Source: Candidatus Buchananbacteria bacterium (lineage in GTDB: Bacteria > Patescibacteriota > Patescibacteriia > 2-01-FULL-39-33). Taken from it: DNA of 59,301 bases. The notes below the pieces were generated by a model. It saw only the letters and a program-made list of their open reading frames with translations. It had not been told where the DNA came from and ran no database searches. How positions within the stretch are numbered: the stretch's first letter is position 1; every line of letters begins with the position of its first letter. Position numbers and translations under genes: made by a program. The stretch lies in NCBI GenBank assembly GCA_041665065.1, contig JBAYJM010000004.1, forward strand, positions 1-59,301, given 5' to 3'. Shown here piece after piece: positions 9,872-18,780 of this stretch.

Positions 9872-10642
9872 ATGAGTATGAAAAATATTATTATAAACGA
9901 CCAGCTGATTAACTATTCGACCAATTTTACAGTAAATAGTGGGGTGCCAATAATTTTTTTGCATGGCTGGAGAGTTGATTCTAAAATTTGGCAAGAAATC
10001 ATAGGCTTAATGAGAAATGAAAGCATTGGTAATGATATTTACGCTATTGATTTTCCGGGTTTTGGGGGTTCGCCATCGCCAAAGACAGATTTTAACTTAA
10101 CTGATTACTGCGGCATAGTAGAACAGTTTATGCTTAAACTAGAACTTAAGAAGGCGATTTTAATTGGGCATTCTTTTGGCGGAAGGGTTGCAATTAAGCT
10201 GTCGGCGACTAAGCCGGAACTGGCTGTTCAAGTTATTTTAGTAGATAGTGCCGGTTTAATTATCCATCAGAATAAAAAAAAGGCTTTAAATATAGCCGCA
10301 AAAATAGTTAAGCCGTTTTTTGGAGCCAAGGTTATGCAGCCGCTTAGGAAAGAAATTTATAGAAAAATCGGCGCTGATGATTATTTGGCGACTCCGGAAC
10401 TGCAAAAGACTTATGTAAATATCATAAATGAAGACCTATCAGTATATCTGCCAAAAATGCCGGGCCCGACTTTGATAATTTGGGGTTCGGAAGATAAAGA
10501 TACCCCGCTTGAATATGCCAGAAAAATGTCTCAAGATATCCATAAATCAAAAATGGTTATATTAGATGGCGCCGGCCATTTTTGTTTTCAGGATCAGCCG
10601 GCGGAATTTGTTAAGGCAATAAAGGAATTTATAAATGTTTGA
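9872..10642 (+). CDS. Alpha/beta-fold hydrolase
   Basis: 'FLHGW', nucleophile elbow 'GHSFGG', C-terminal 'DGAGHF'. Confidence 0.8.
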   Translation: MSMKNIIINDQLINYSTNFTVNSGVPIIFLHGWRVDSKIWQEIIGLMRNESIGNDIYAIDFPGFGGSPSPKTDFNLTDYCGIVEQFMLKLELKKAILIGHSFGGRVAIKLSATKPELAVQVILVDSAGLIIHQNKKKALNIAAKIVKPFFGAKVMQPLRKEIYRKIGADDYLATPELQKTYVNIINEDLSVYLPKMPGPTLIIWGSEDKDTPLEYARKMSQDIHKSKMVILDGAGHFCFQDQPAEFVKAIKEFINV

Positions 10643-12083
10643 TGCAATAAGATATCAGTTATATTTACTACAACTGGAAAGTTATGAGCTTCCCAGGTAT
10701 TTTCGCTTGCTTAGAAAAAAAGGCATTTTTCCTCCGAAGAAATTAAGAGGGAATTTAAAATGGACAGGAAAAGTAAAGCTTCTGTTGATTATTTCGGTTC
10801 TAATTCATCTTTTACTGTCAGTGATTGCCGCTTTAGCTGCCGGCTTTGTTTATTTTGATTTCTGGGTGGGCTTATTCACCTTTTTATTTTTATTGGTGGG
10901 GCTGGGATTTTTTTATTTTATCTTTTTTGCCATCGGTTTGGAGTTGATTTATCCATTGCAGTTGTATTTAAAAAATAAAGTAGTGCATGAAGCAAAAGAA
11001 AGGCTTTCTAAATTAGAGAATCTAAAAATAATCGGCATTGCTGGCAGTTATGGCAAGACAAGTATGAAGGAGGCGCTGAAAGTGGTGTTGTCTGAGAAGT
11101 TCAAGGTAGCTGCGCCGCCGGAGAGTATAAATACGCCCATCGGTATTGCTAAATACATCAACAATGAAGTCGATGAAAAAATCGGAGTATTAATTATTGA
11201 AATGGGCGAGCATTACCAGGGAGATGTGGCTGAATTGTGCGCGATGGTCAGACCCGATATCGGAGTTATCACCGGAATAAACGAAAGCCATCTAGAAAGA
11301 TTAACTGATTTATCAATTACCGTTAAAACGGTTTTTGAAATGGCTGATGGCATCAAGGAAACCGGCCTCCTGATTTTAAACGCGGATAATAATAATGTCG
11401 TTGAGAATTTTAAAAAATATACTAAGGGCAAAAAAATCTCATTCTATTCATCAGGGGACAATTCCATGTCTCAATATCGAGTAAGCGAACTTAGTTTTTC
11501 GGCAGATGATCTAATAAATAAATTCTTGATTAGTGATACCAGTCAAATAGTTGGCAGGTTCCAATCTAAAATCTTGGCAGAATATGTTTCTGGATTGGCG
11601 GTTGCTTGTATTGTTGTCGGAAAACAATTGGAAATGGAAAATGACAAGATTGCTTTTGGTTTTTCAAAAATAAAGCCGGTGCCTCACAGATTAGAGCCGA
11701 TAATTAATCCAAATGGATTGATTGTTATTGATGATAGTTATAATGGCAATCCGGACGGAGTTAGAGAGGCTATTAGGTTACTATCCAAATTCACTGGGCG
11801 CAGGAAGGTTTTTTTAACGCCCGGTTTGGTGGAAATGGGAAAGAGCGCTGAAGCTGTTCATAAAAAAATTGGAAAAGAGTTGTCGGGCGTAGCCGACTTG
11901 GTAATGTTGATAGACAACAGTGTTACGCCTTTTATTGAAAAAGGGCTCAAGGAAAACGGATTTGCTGATGATAAAATTATTTGGTATAGTTCCGCACAGG
12001 AAGCGCATCAGTCATTAGATAAAGTATTAAAGCCCGGAGATGTTATTTTATTTCAAAATGACTGGGGCGATCAATATATATAA
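10635..12083 (+). CDS. murF: MurF-like Mur ligase with an N-terminal membrane domain
   Basis: P-loop 'GIAGSYGKTS' and 'DDSYNGNPDG'. The first ~110 aa form 2-3 hydrophobic helices in place of the usual MurF N-domain. ATGTTTGA overlap with the upstream gene; ddl follows. Confidence 0.75.
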   Translation: MFDAIRYQLYLLQLESYELPRYFRLLRKKGIFPPKKLRGNLKWTGKVKLLLIISVLIHLLLSVIAALAAGFVYFDFWVGLFTFLFLLVGLGFFYFIFFAIGLELIYPLQLYLKNKVVHEAKERLSKLENLKIIGIAGSYGKTSMKEALKVVLSEKFKVAAPPESINTPIGIAKYINNEVDEKIGVLIIEMGEHYQGDVAELCAMVRPDIGVITGINESHLERLTDLSITVKTVFEMADGIKETGLLILNADNNNVVENFKKYTKGKKISFYSSGDNSMSQYRVSELSFSADDLINKFLISDTSQIVGRFQSKILAEYVSGLAVACIVVGKQLEMENDKIAFGFSKIKPVPHRLEPIINPNGLIVIDDSYNGNPDGVREAIRLLSKFTGRRKVFLTPGLVEMGKSAEAVHKKIGKELSGVADLVMLIDNSVTPFIEKGLKENGFADDKIIWYSSAQEAHQSLDKVLKPGDVILFQNDWGDQYI

Positions 12084-12087
12084 ATTT

Positions 12088-13272
12088 ATGAAAAATGTAG
12101 GCGTATTTTTTGGCAGTAGCACACCGGAGCATGACGTGTCTATAATCACGGCCTGGCTTATTATTTCTGAATTAAAAAAAATGGATTATAAGGTTACGCC
12201 GGTGTATTTGACTAAAGAAAGAAAATGGTTGATTGGTGATGAATTAGGACAGTTAAAATTTTTTACGGATGGAAAAAATAAGATTAAAGACGAAGAAAAG
12301 AAATTCGAATATTTATTGGATTTAAGCGAGACTAAGGGCAAAATGGTTTTTCAAAAAAAAGGATTATTTAATAAGAGAATAAAAATAGATTTGGCTTTTC
12401 CAGCTTTTCATGGGGCATTTGGTGAAGATGGCACGATGCAGGGTATTTTTGAAATTATTGGGGTGCCCTATGTCGGTTGTGGCGTTGCTTCATCAGCCAT
12501 GACAATGGATAAGGCCATTACCAAAGTCATCTATGAACGGTCGCAAATTAAAACGACAAAATATTTTGATTTTACAAAAGAAGAATGGAATGATCATGGC
12601 CAGGATATAATTAGCCGCGCCAATAAAAATTTAAAATGGCCGGTTTTTGTAAAACCCGTCCATCTTGGATCATCAATCGGCATTGTTAAAGTTAAAGAGC
12701 CGGCAGGCAAAGAACTGGAACTTGCCATTGAATCAGCTTTTTATTACGACGATAAGGTTTTGATTGAAGAGGGCGTGGACAATTTAATGGATCTTACTTG
12801 TTGCGTAATAGGAAATAATGATTTACGCGCTTCAGAGGTTCAGGAGTCGACTTTTGGAAGTGAGCTATTTGATTTCAACGAAAAATATATTATTGACGGA
12901 GGTACTCAACTGGGTAATTCGCAAAGTGGGATGATTATTCCGGCTCGATTAGATGAAAATACGGCCAAAGATATAAAAGAACTATCCAAAAAGATTTATA
13001 AGATTTTTGGTTGCAGTGGAATTGCAAGAATAGATTTCCTTTATAATAAAGAAACAAAAGAAATTTTTGCCAATGAGGTAAATACTTTGCCCGGTATTTT
13101 ATATAGCCACCTTTGGAAGGCATCTGGCTTAGAATTTAGAGAATTGCTGGAAAAATTAATGGCCATGGCGCAGGAGAAATTTGAAGAAAAGAATAAAATA
13201 AATTTTGTATTTGACTCTGAGATTTTAAAACAACTAAATGGCACAAAACTAAGCGGCAAAAAACTGGGTTAA
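12088..13272 (+). CDS. ddl: D-alanine--D-alanine ligase
   Basis: 'FGSSTPEHDVSI', 'FHGAFGEDGTMQG', ATP-grasp 'VFVKPVHLGSSIG', 'ANEVNTLPG'. The start was moved from 12040 to ATG 12088, just after the murF stop. Confidence 0.9.
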   Translation: MKNVGVFFGSSTPEHDVSIITAWLIISELKKMDYKVTPVYLTKERKWLIGDELGQLKFFTDGKNKIKDEEKKFEYLLDLSETKGKMVFQKKGLFNKRIKIDLAFPAFHGAFGEDGTMQGIFEIIGVPYVGCGVASSAMTMDKAITKVIYERSQIKTTKYFDFTKEEWNDHGQDIISRANKNLKWPVFVKPVHLGSSIGIVKVKEPAGKELELAIESAFYYDDKVLIEEGVDNLMDLTCCVIGNNDLRASEVQESTFGSELFDFNEKYIIDGGTQLGNSQSGMIIPARLDENTAKDIKELSKKIYKIFGCSGIARIDFLYNKETKEIFANEVNTLPGILYSHLWKASGLEFRELLEKLMAMAQEKFEEKNKINFVFDSEILKQLNGTKLSGKKLG

Positions 13273-13475
13273 TAAACTTGACCTGTTTAAGGCCGTGATG
13301 TATAATATTTTTACAATATGTTAAGAACACAATTCAACAACTGGTTTAGCTTTTTCTTTACTGACTTGAGGCCGGTTGAATTTGATTTGCGCGCTTAGCA
13401 TAAAGCAAAAATGGAACTGGCCACAAGGCCGGTTTTTTTGTTTTTAACGGAGGAGGCGACAAAGGAGGAATCGCC

Positions 13476-14282
13476 ATGAAGAAGTTCCAGGCACTTTTCA
13501 AGTTTGATCCACGTTTTGCAATGATGGTGGGTGTAGAAAGGGAATGCCATCTAACGGTGGGTGGCACGATAGCTCCCATAGCGCCACAAGTGATCGAGTT
13601 CATCAAACAACGGGCTAACGGCAGAGGGAGTTGCTATGGGAATGAGCTTTCAGCCTGCCAATTTGAAGAGAAATTTGATGAACCATGTGATTTAGGACGA
13701 ATTGAGGCAAAGTTTGCAGAAAACGAAAGGGAAATCCAGGCGGCTGAAAGGGCCTTAGGGTTTGGTCGCGTATTTGTTCCTGCCGCTCCATTGGACATGC
13801 CCCTAAATATCTATCCCGATGAGCGTTATCTTCGCATAACCAGAGATATGCCAATGGAGGTTGTTAGGGCGGCTTGTCGTGTTGCTGGCGTCCATGTTCA
13901 TATCGGCATGCCTGACCATGATTCTGCTTTGAGAGTTTACAACGAGGCGGTGCGTCATTTCGATGAGCTCTGCGAATTGGGCTCAACTGAAGAACGATTA
14001 AGGGAATATCGTCGCGCAGCCAAAGGCATGAGTACTAGGATGGAACTTTTCAGAGACCATCTCATGACTAGTTTCGTCCCGCCGTCTTATCCGGGCTGGG
14101 CAGAGTTTCACGCTAGAGCAGTTAAAGACGGATTTGCTGATGATCCTCGTCGACTGTGGGATTTTATCAGAATTTCAAAGCACGGAACGATCGAATTTCG
14201 CATGTTCGATACGACGCGGGATGTCTCGTTGATTGTATCTTGGGCGAGGTTTGTCCATGAAATTTGTGCGAGAGCGGTTTGA
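13476..14282 (+). CDS. GCS2/YbdK-like carboxylate-amine ligase (short, G+C-rich gene)
   Basis: 'GVERECHL' and 'GTIEFRMFDT' resemble GCS2 motifs. AAGGAGG SD at 13462-13468. Hairpin 14289-14316 downstream. Confidence 0.5.
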   Translation: MKKFQALFKFDPRFAMMVGVERECHLTVGGTIAPIAPQVIEFIKQRANGRGSCYGNELSACQFEEKFDEPCDLGRIEAKFAENEREIQAAERALGFGRVFVPAAPLDMPLNIYPDERYLRITRDMPMEVVRAACRVAGVHVHIGMPDHDSALRVYNEAVRHFDELCELGSTEERLREYRRAAKGMSTRMELFRDHLMTSFVPPSYPGWAEFHARAVKDGFADDPRRLWDFIRISKHGTIEFRMFDTTRDVSLIVSWARFVHEICARAV

Positions 14283-14355
14283 AAAACCGGCGAGGGGAGA
14301 AACGTTTCTCCTCGCCAATTTTATAAATTAGAAATTTTATATATAATTTAATAAT

Positions 14356-15153
14356 ATGGAATTTAATTTAACAACAATCGGGAATGGCAAGCCTAGAATC
14401 GCAATAGTCGGTTGTGTTCATGGTGATGAAATTATGGGCAAAAGAATTATTAAAGAACTTAAGACCTTGAAAATTAAAAAAGGGTCTTTAACTTTGATTT
14501 TAGCCAATGAGCCAGCCATGAAAAGAAAAAAACGTTGGATAAAGCAAGATTTGAATCGTTCTTTCCCCGGAAAAGAAAATGGAAAATCAGAGGAAAAAAT
14601 AGCATACCATCTAAAAAAGGAGCTTTCTAAATTTGATCTTGTAATTGATTTGCATGCGACAAATTCTAACTTTAGAAGCCTGGCTATTATTACAAAATTT
14701 TCCAATAAGCATAGGCAATTGTTAAAATTAGTACCCATTAAAAGAGTGGCTTTGATAAAGAAAAAGGTATTTGGAGGCAACGAAATGATCAGTCATGTTA
14801 AGTTGGGAATTGCCTTGGAGTATGGTCCTGACAAGACAGGACGAAATTTTAAAACTGGACTAAGAGATGTTAAAAGTATTCTAAAAAATTTAGGAGTCAT
14901 TTCAGGAAAAAAAATCGCTTATAAAAATAAAGATTTATATAGGGTTTTTGGAAGTTATTCTGTGCCAAAAGAATTCAAGCAGTTAAAAAGCCTGGGTGAT
15001 TTTAAAATAATAAAAAAGGGCCAGGTGATTGGACATGAAGGCAAGAAAGAGATTAGGTCGGAGATGGATTTCTACCCCTTGTTTCTCGGCAAGGGAAGAT
15101 ATGCAAAGACATTGGCATTAACTTCGGTCTGGTCTAAACTACTTCTCAATTGA
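14356..15153 (+). CDS. Succinylglutamate desuccinylase/aspartoacylase (AstE/AspA, M14-like) family protein
   Basis: 'VGCVHGDEIMG' zinc-ligand motif, 'DLNRSFPG', 'DLHAT'. Confidence 0.7.
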   Translation: MEFNLTTIGNGKPRIAIVGCVHGDEIMGKRIIKELKTLKIKKGSLTLILANEPAMKRKKRWIKQDLNRSFPGKENGKSEEKIAYHLKKELSKFDLVIDLHATNSNFRSLAIITKFSNKHRQLLKLVPIKRVALIKKKVFGGNEMISHVKLGIALEYGPDKTGRNFKTGLRDVKSILKNLGVISGKKIAYKNKDLYRVFGSYSVPKEFKQLKSLGDFKIIKKGQVIGHEGKKEIRSEMDFYPLFLGKGRYAKTLALTSVWSKLLLN

Positions 15154-15189
15154 AAGAAGAAATTTTTTGTGATAGCATAATTACGATAA

Positions 15190-15260
15190 CGGGCTGGAGT
15201 ATGTCGGTAGTACGCGCCCATGGGGTGGGTGTAGACGGGGTTCAATTCCCCGCAGCCCGA
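15190..15260 (+). tRNA. tRNA-Pro (anticodon GGG)
   Basis: Acceptor CGGGCTG/CAGCCCG, anticodon stem CGCCC/GGGTG, loop ATGGGGT (G37), T arm CGGGG-TTCAATT-CCCCG. 71 nt with a 4-nt variable loop. Confidence 0.75.
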
Positions 15261-15353
15261 TAAGTATAAAATCCGTGATGAGCGGGTTTTTGTTTTATTA
15301 GAAATTAAAAAAATGATGTTGACTTTATTTATTCTTTATTCTAAAATATTAAT

Positions 15354-15742
15354 GATGAATGATTTCTGAGGAAAGCAATAGCGACTCCTGGATTTTCCGT
15401 GTCATACCTCTGGCTGCGGGTTCCCTGTGAACTGCACCGTAGGTTTAGCGGAAAAGACCCTCAAAAAGTCACCAGGAAGAGCCTAAACTGCACGGATGTT
15501 AAAGCGCGCGCGCGTTGTCCGTTGCGGGGTTATAGGAGTGTTCTTCTTGCTGGGGCGCGAACCTGGCACGAGAGTCACAAAGATTGACTGGTGGAATCGT
15601 TGCCAGCTAATTCTCTCGAGGACATGTTATCCTAAGTAGGGTTGTTGAAAAACAAGACCGAAATCGGGTGGAAACATCCAAGGCTAAGCAGAAATCGTCA
15701 TCACTCTAGCGTATTGCCCCCAGTGGAATACGCTCTTTTTTT
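15354..15742 (+). ncRNA. Unclassified structured RNA (~390 nt) with its own promoter and terminator
   Basis: Promoter TTGACT (15319-15324), 17 nt, TAAAAT (15342-15347). Closing helix GATTTCTG (15361-15368) / CAGAAATC (15689-15696). Terminator AGCGTATT/AATACGCT plus T7 (15708-15742). G+C-rich relative to the flanks, and no + strand gene lies downstream. Confidence 0.5.
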
Positions 15743-15820
15743 GCTCAAAATTTAATCCAATCTGGCGTCTTAAAAACACTAGAAATTTTTTAAAAATAGA
15801 CAGAGTTATTTTTGTCCCGT

Positions 15821-18547
15821 TTAAGCAGTAGTTTTAATAGGCAAGAAATCAGTATTTAAAATAACAGACTCCTCACTAGACAGTGATTTTAAATATCTGC
15901 GATAGAAAAATTTTCTTATTTCTTCAACAACAATAATAGAAAATGCAACAGGTATGATGATAAGCCATTGTCCAAAGTCTAAGGCGGTCGTGTGGAGTAT
16001 TTTTTGAACAAGAGGGTTATATACGGCAACAATTTGTAAAAGTATCACTATTATTGTCGCATAGATCAAATACTTGTTTGAGAATGGATTGGTCTGGAAA
16101 ATTGATTTGCTTTCCGATCTGCAGTTCCAAGCATTAAACCATTGAAATACTGCAAGAGTGCAGAGAGAAACAGTCCACGCATAACTGATATCTCCGCCCA
16201 TGTTCTTATAAAATAAATATATAGTTCCAAACATCATCGGAAGTGCCATTGTAATAATCCGTCCAACCATTAAATTATCTAAAAGATTTTTTTCACTCGA
16301 TTTCAACTTCTCATTCAAAAGCCCGCTTTCTTTTTTCTCCATTGCCAGTGCAACATCTAAAAATCCGTCTGTAACGAAATTCAGCCAGATGATTTGCGCC
16401 GCAATAAGGGGAATTGGCAGGCCGATAAGTATGGAAACGGCAATGGTTAAAACTTCACCTAAACCAGTTGAAAACAGATATAGCATCACTTTTTTGATTG
16501 TCTTATAGATATTTCGCCCCTCTTCAACGGCCGAGACAATACTGTTAAAATTATCATCAAGCAAAACGATGTCTGCCGCTTCTTTGGCGACTTCAGTGCC
16601 AATTTTGCCCATGGAAATTCCCAGATCGGCTGCGACAAGCGATGGGGCGTCGTTTACTCCGTCGCCGGTCATGGCAACAATTAGACCCAGGCTTCGGTAT
16701 GAATTTATAATTCTTAATTTGTTGTCCGGCGTAACTCGGGAATAGACGGAAACAGAAATAATTTTTTTAGCCAACTCAACGTCGCTTAAATTATCAATTT
16801 CCTCACCGGTCAAGATTTCGTCGCCCTCTTTGAAAATTCCAGCTTCTTTGGCAATTGCTCTGGCAGTGATTTTGTGGTCGCCGGTTATCATGACGACTTT
16901 TATGCCGGCAAGATTTGCTTTGATGATGGAATTTTTAATTTCCAGGCGGAGCGCATCCCGCATTCCTAAAAAGCCTACAAATTCCAGTGATTTCGGATCG
17001 TTTATGACATTGTCCTTGGTTTTAGCTCGAGCCATGGCTATTACCCTAAGGCCGCTCTCAGACATTTTTTTGAAAATATTTTCCAGTTCTTTAAACTTTT
17101 CTTTTGTTAATGTTACGGCTTTGCCGTTTAAAATTATTTTTGAAGATATTTTTAAAATTGATTCCGGCGCGCCCATGACAAATAAATTATTTTGATTATT
17201 TTCTTTGATGATTATTCCCTTGTATTTTAATTTATAATCAAAAGGCATCTCGGAAATTTTTTCTGATTGCATTTCAAGCCCATCTTTATTCAAACCGATT
17301 TTTTCTGCAAAAGTAATAATGGCCGCCTCTGTCGGATCGCCGGAAATTTTCCAAATATTATCTTCCTCGGAATACATTACTCTGGCATTGGAGCAAAGCG
17401 CCGATAATTTTGCACCGTAGGTTAATTCGGGAAAATCTTTTACATTTATTATTTTCCCTTTTAATTTGATATTGCCATTTGGTTGATAGCCGATGCCGGA
17501 AATATCGAATAAATTACCATTAAGGTAAGCTTTTTGGACGACCAATTCATTTTTGGTAATAGTTCCTGTTTTATCAACTGCAATAATCTGCGCTTGGCCA
17601 AGAGCCTCGACAGCCTGGAGTTTTTTTACCAGCGCATTCCTTTTGGACATCCGCCAAACACCGGTTGCGAGCACCAAAGTGATTACAATTGGCAAACCCT
17701 CAGGGATTATTGAAACGGCCAGTGAAACTACGACAGTAAACATGGTTATAATCGATTGACCCAGTATTAAACCCAAAGAAAATATTACCAGACTGATTAG
17801 AATGGTGATAATTATAATCGACTTTGAAAGTTTTTCGATATTTTTCTTTAAAGGTGTTTCCGTATCGATGTTTTCGATTTTCTTGGCGATTTTGCCAATA
17901 ACCGTATTTAAGCTGGTGGCGACGACGATTGCTTTGCCATTTCCTGACACGACATTTGTCCCTTTAAAGACCATATTTTTTTGTTCTGGTGCCGGCAGGT
18001 TTATTTTTTTAATGATATTTGTTGTTTTGTGTGTCGGGATTGATTCGCCAGTCAACGATGATTCGTCTATTTTTAAATTATTGGCATTAATAAGGCGCGC
18101 ATCGGCTGAAACCTTTTCGCCTTCTTGAATAATTAAAATGTCACCAATAACAACCTGATTATCATCGATAATAATTTCTTTGCCATTTCTCAGGACGGTT
18201 GATTTTGTTTGTGTGAATTTATTCAAGGCAAGCAAAGCATTTTGTGCCTTGCCTTCTTGGGTGGTGCCGATTACAGAGTTAAATATTAAAATGACCAGGA
18301 TTATAAGTCCATCGGCAATTTCGCCGATTGCCAATATGACGGCGCCGGCAGCAATAAGAATATATATGAGCGGACTTTTAAATTGGCTTAAAAAGATAAT
18401 AAAAAAATTCTTGCCTTTGTTTGCAGGCAGGGTATTAAAGCCGTATTTTTTAAGACGAAAATTTGCTTCTTTCTCGCTTAAGCCGTCTTCTGATGATTTT
18501 AATTTTTTTAAAATATCAGAAATTGATTTGTTATGCCAAGTTACCAT
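15821..18547 (-). CDS. P2-type cation-transporting ATPase (Ca2+/Mn2+/Mg2+-like)
   Basis: 'DKTGTITKN', 'TGDGVNDAPSL', TM4 'IPEGLP', N-terminal 'GLSEKEANFRLKKYGFN'. Confidence 0.9.
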   Translation of the reverse strand: MVTWHNKSISDILKKLKSSEDGLSEKEANFRLKKYGFNTLPANKGKNFFIIFLSQFKSPLIYILIAAGAVILAIGEIADGLIILVILIFNSVIGTTQEGKAQNALLALNKFTQTKSTVLRNGKEIIIDDNQVVIGDILIIQEGEKVSADARLINANNLKIDESSLTGESIPTHKTTNIIKKINLPAPEQKNMVFKGTNVVSGNGKAIVVATSLNTVIGKIAKKIENIDTETPLKKNIEKLSKSIIIITILISLVIFSLGLILGQSIITMFTVVVSLAVSIIPEGLPIVITLVLATGVWRMSKRNALVKKLQAVEALGQAQIIAVDKTGTITKNELVVQKAYLNGNLFDISGIGYQPNGNIKLKGKIINVKDFPELTYGAKLSALCSNARVMYSEEDNIWKISGDPTEAAIITFAEKIGLNKDGLEMQSEKISEMPFDYKLKYKGIIIKENNQNNLFVMGAPESILKISSKIILNGKAVTLTKEKFKELENIFKKMSESGLRVIAMARAKTKDNVINDPKSLEFVGFLGMRDALRLEIKNSIIKANLAGIKVVMITGDHKITARAIAKEAGIFKEGDEILTGEEIDNLSDVELAKKIISVSVYSRVTPDNKLRIINSYRSLGLIVAMTGDGVNDAPSLVAADLGISMGKIGTEVAKEAADIVLLDDNFNSIVSAVEEGRNIYKTIKKVMLYLFSTGLGEVLTIAVSILIGLPIPLIAAQIIWLNFVTDGFLDVALAMEKKESGLLNEKLKSSEKNLLDNLMVGRIITMALPMMFGTIYLFYKNMGGDISYAWTVSLCTLAVFQWFNAWNCRSESKSIFQTNPFSNKYLIYATIIVILLQIVAVYNPLVQKILHTTALDFGQWLIIIPVAFSIIVVEEIRKFFYRRYLKSLSSEESVILNTDFLPIKTTA

Positions 18548-18667
18548 GTATAATAAATAATTTGATATATTTATTATAACATTTTTTGTGAATTATTTAT
18601 CATAAAAAAGAGATAAGTTGCATCTTGAAAAAAAATAATATTTCTGCTACTATTGTAATAGTTTTTT

Positions 18668-18739
18668 GCGGGTATCATATAACGGTCATTATCCGAGTTT
18701 TCCAAACTCGTGACAGGGGTTCGACTCCCCTTACCCGCT
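18668..18739 (+). tRNA. tRNA-Gly (anticodon TCC)
   Basis: Acceptor GCGGGTA/TACCCGC, anticodon stem CGAGT/ACTCG, loop TTTCCAA, T arm AGGGG-TTCGACT-CCCCT. Confidence 0.9.
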
Positions 18740-18742
18740 AAT

Positions 18743-18777
18743 AAAAAAATAATCCGCCGCGGCGGATTATTTTTTTT
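18743..18777. terminator. Bidirectional intrinsic terminator
   Basis: A7, stem AATCCGCCG/CGGCGGATT, T8. It can terminate on either strand. Confidence 0.7.
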
Positions 18778-18780
18778 ATG

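Noticed and set aside
12040-12087. N-terminal extensions in the ORF track (12040, 36068, 39604, 46190, 46678, 48208, 54243, 1600)
   Set aside because: The extensions overlap the preceding gene or a tRNA, or start at non-ATG codons. Internal ATGs placed right after the upstream stop give proteins that begin at the conserved N-termini.
15399-15587. 62-aa ORF inside the first structured RNA, and ORFs 19259-19450 / 19307-19498 inside the second
   Set aside because: They have no SD or plausible start context and are Arg/Gly/Cys-rich translations typical of G+C-rich structured RNA. Mutually overlapping frames occur on both strands. Coding cannot be fully excluded without conservation data.
15361-15742. 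RNase P RNA assignment for the first structured RNA
   Set aside because: 'GAGGAAAG' matches the start of CR-I. The rest of CR-I ('UCCGGGC') is absent, as are a P3 hairpin between the closing helix and this motif and the 3' 'ACAGAA..GGCUUA' element. The RNA is kept as unclassified, and a covariance-model search is needed.
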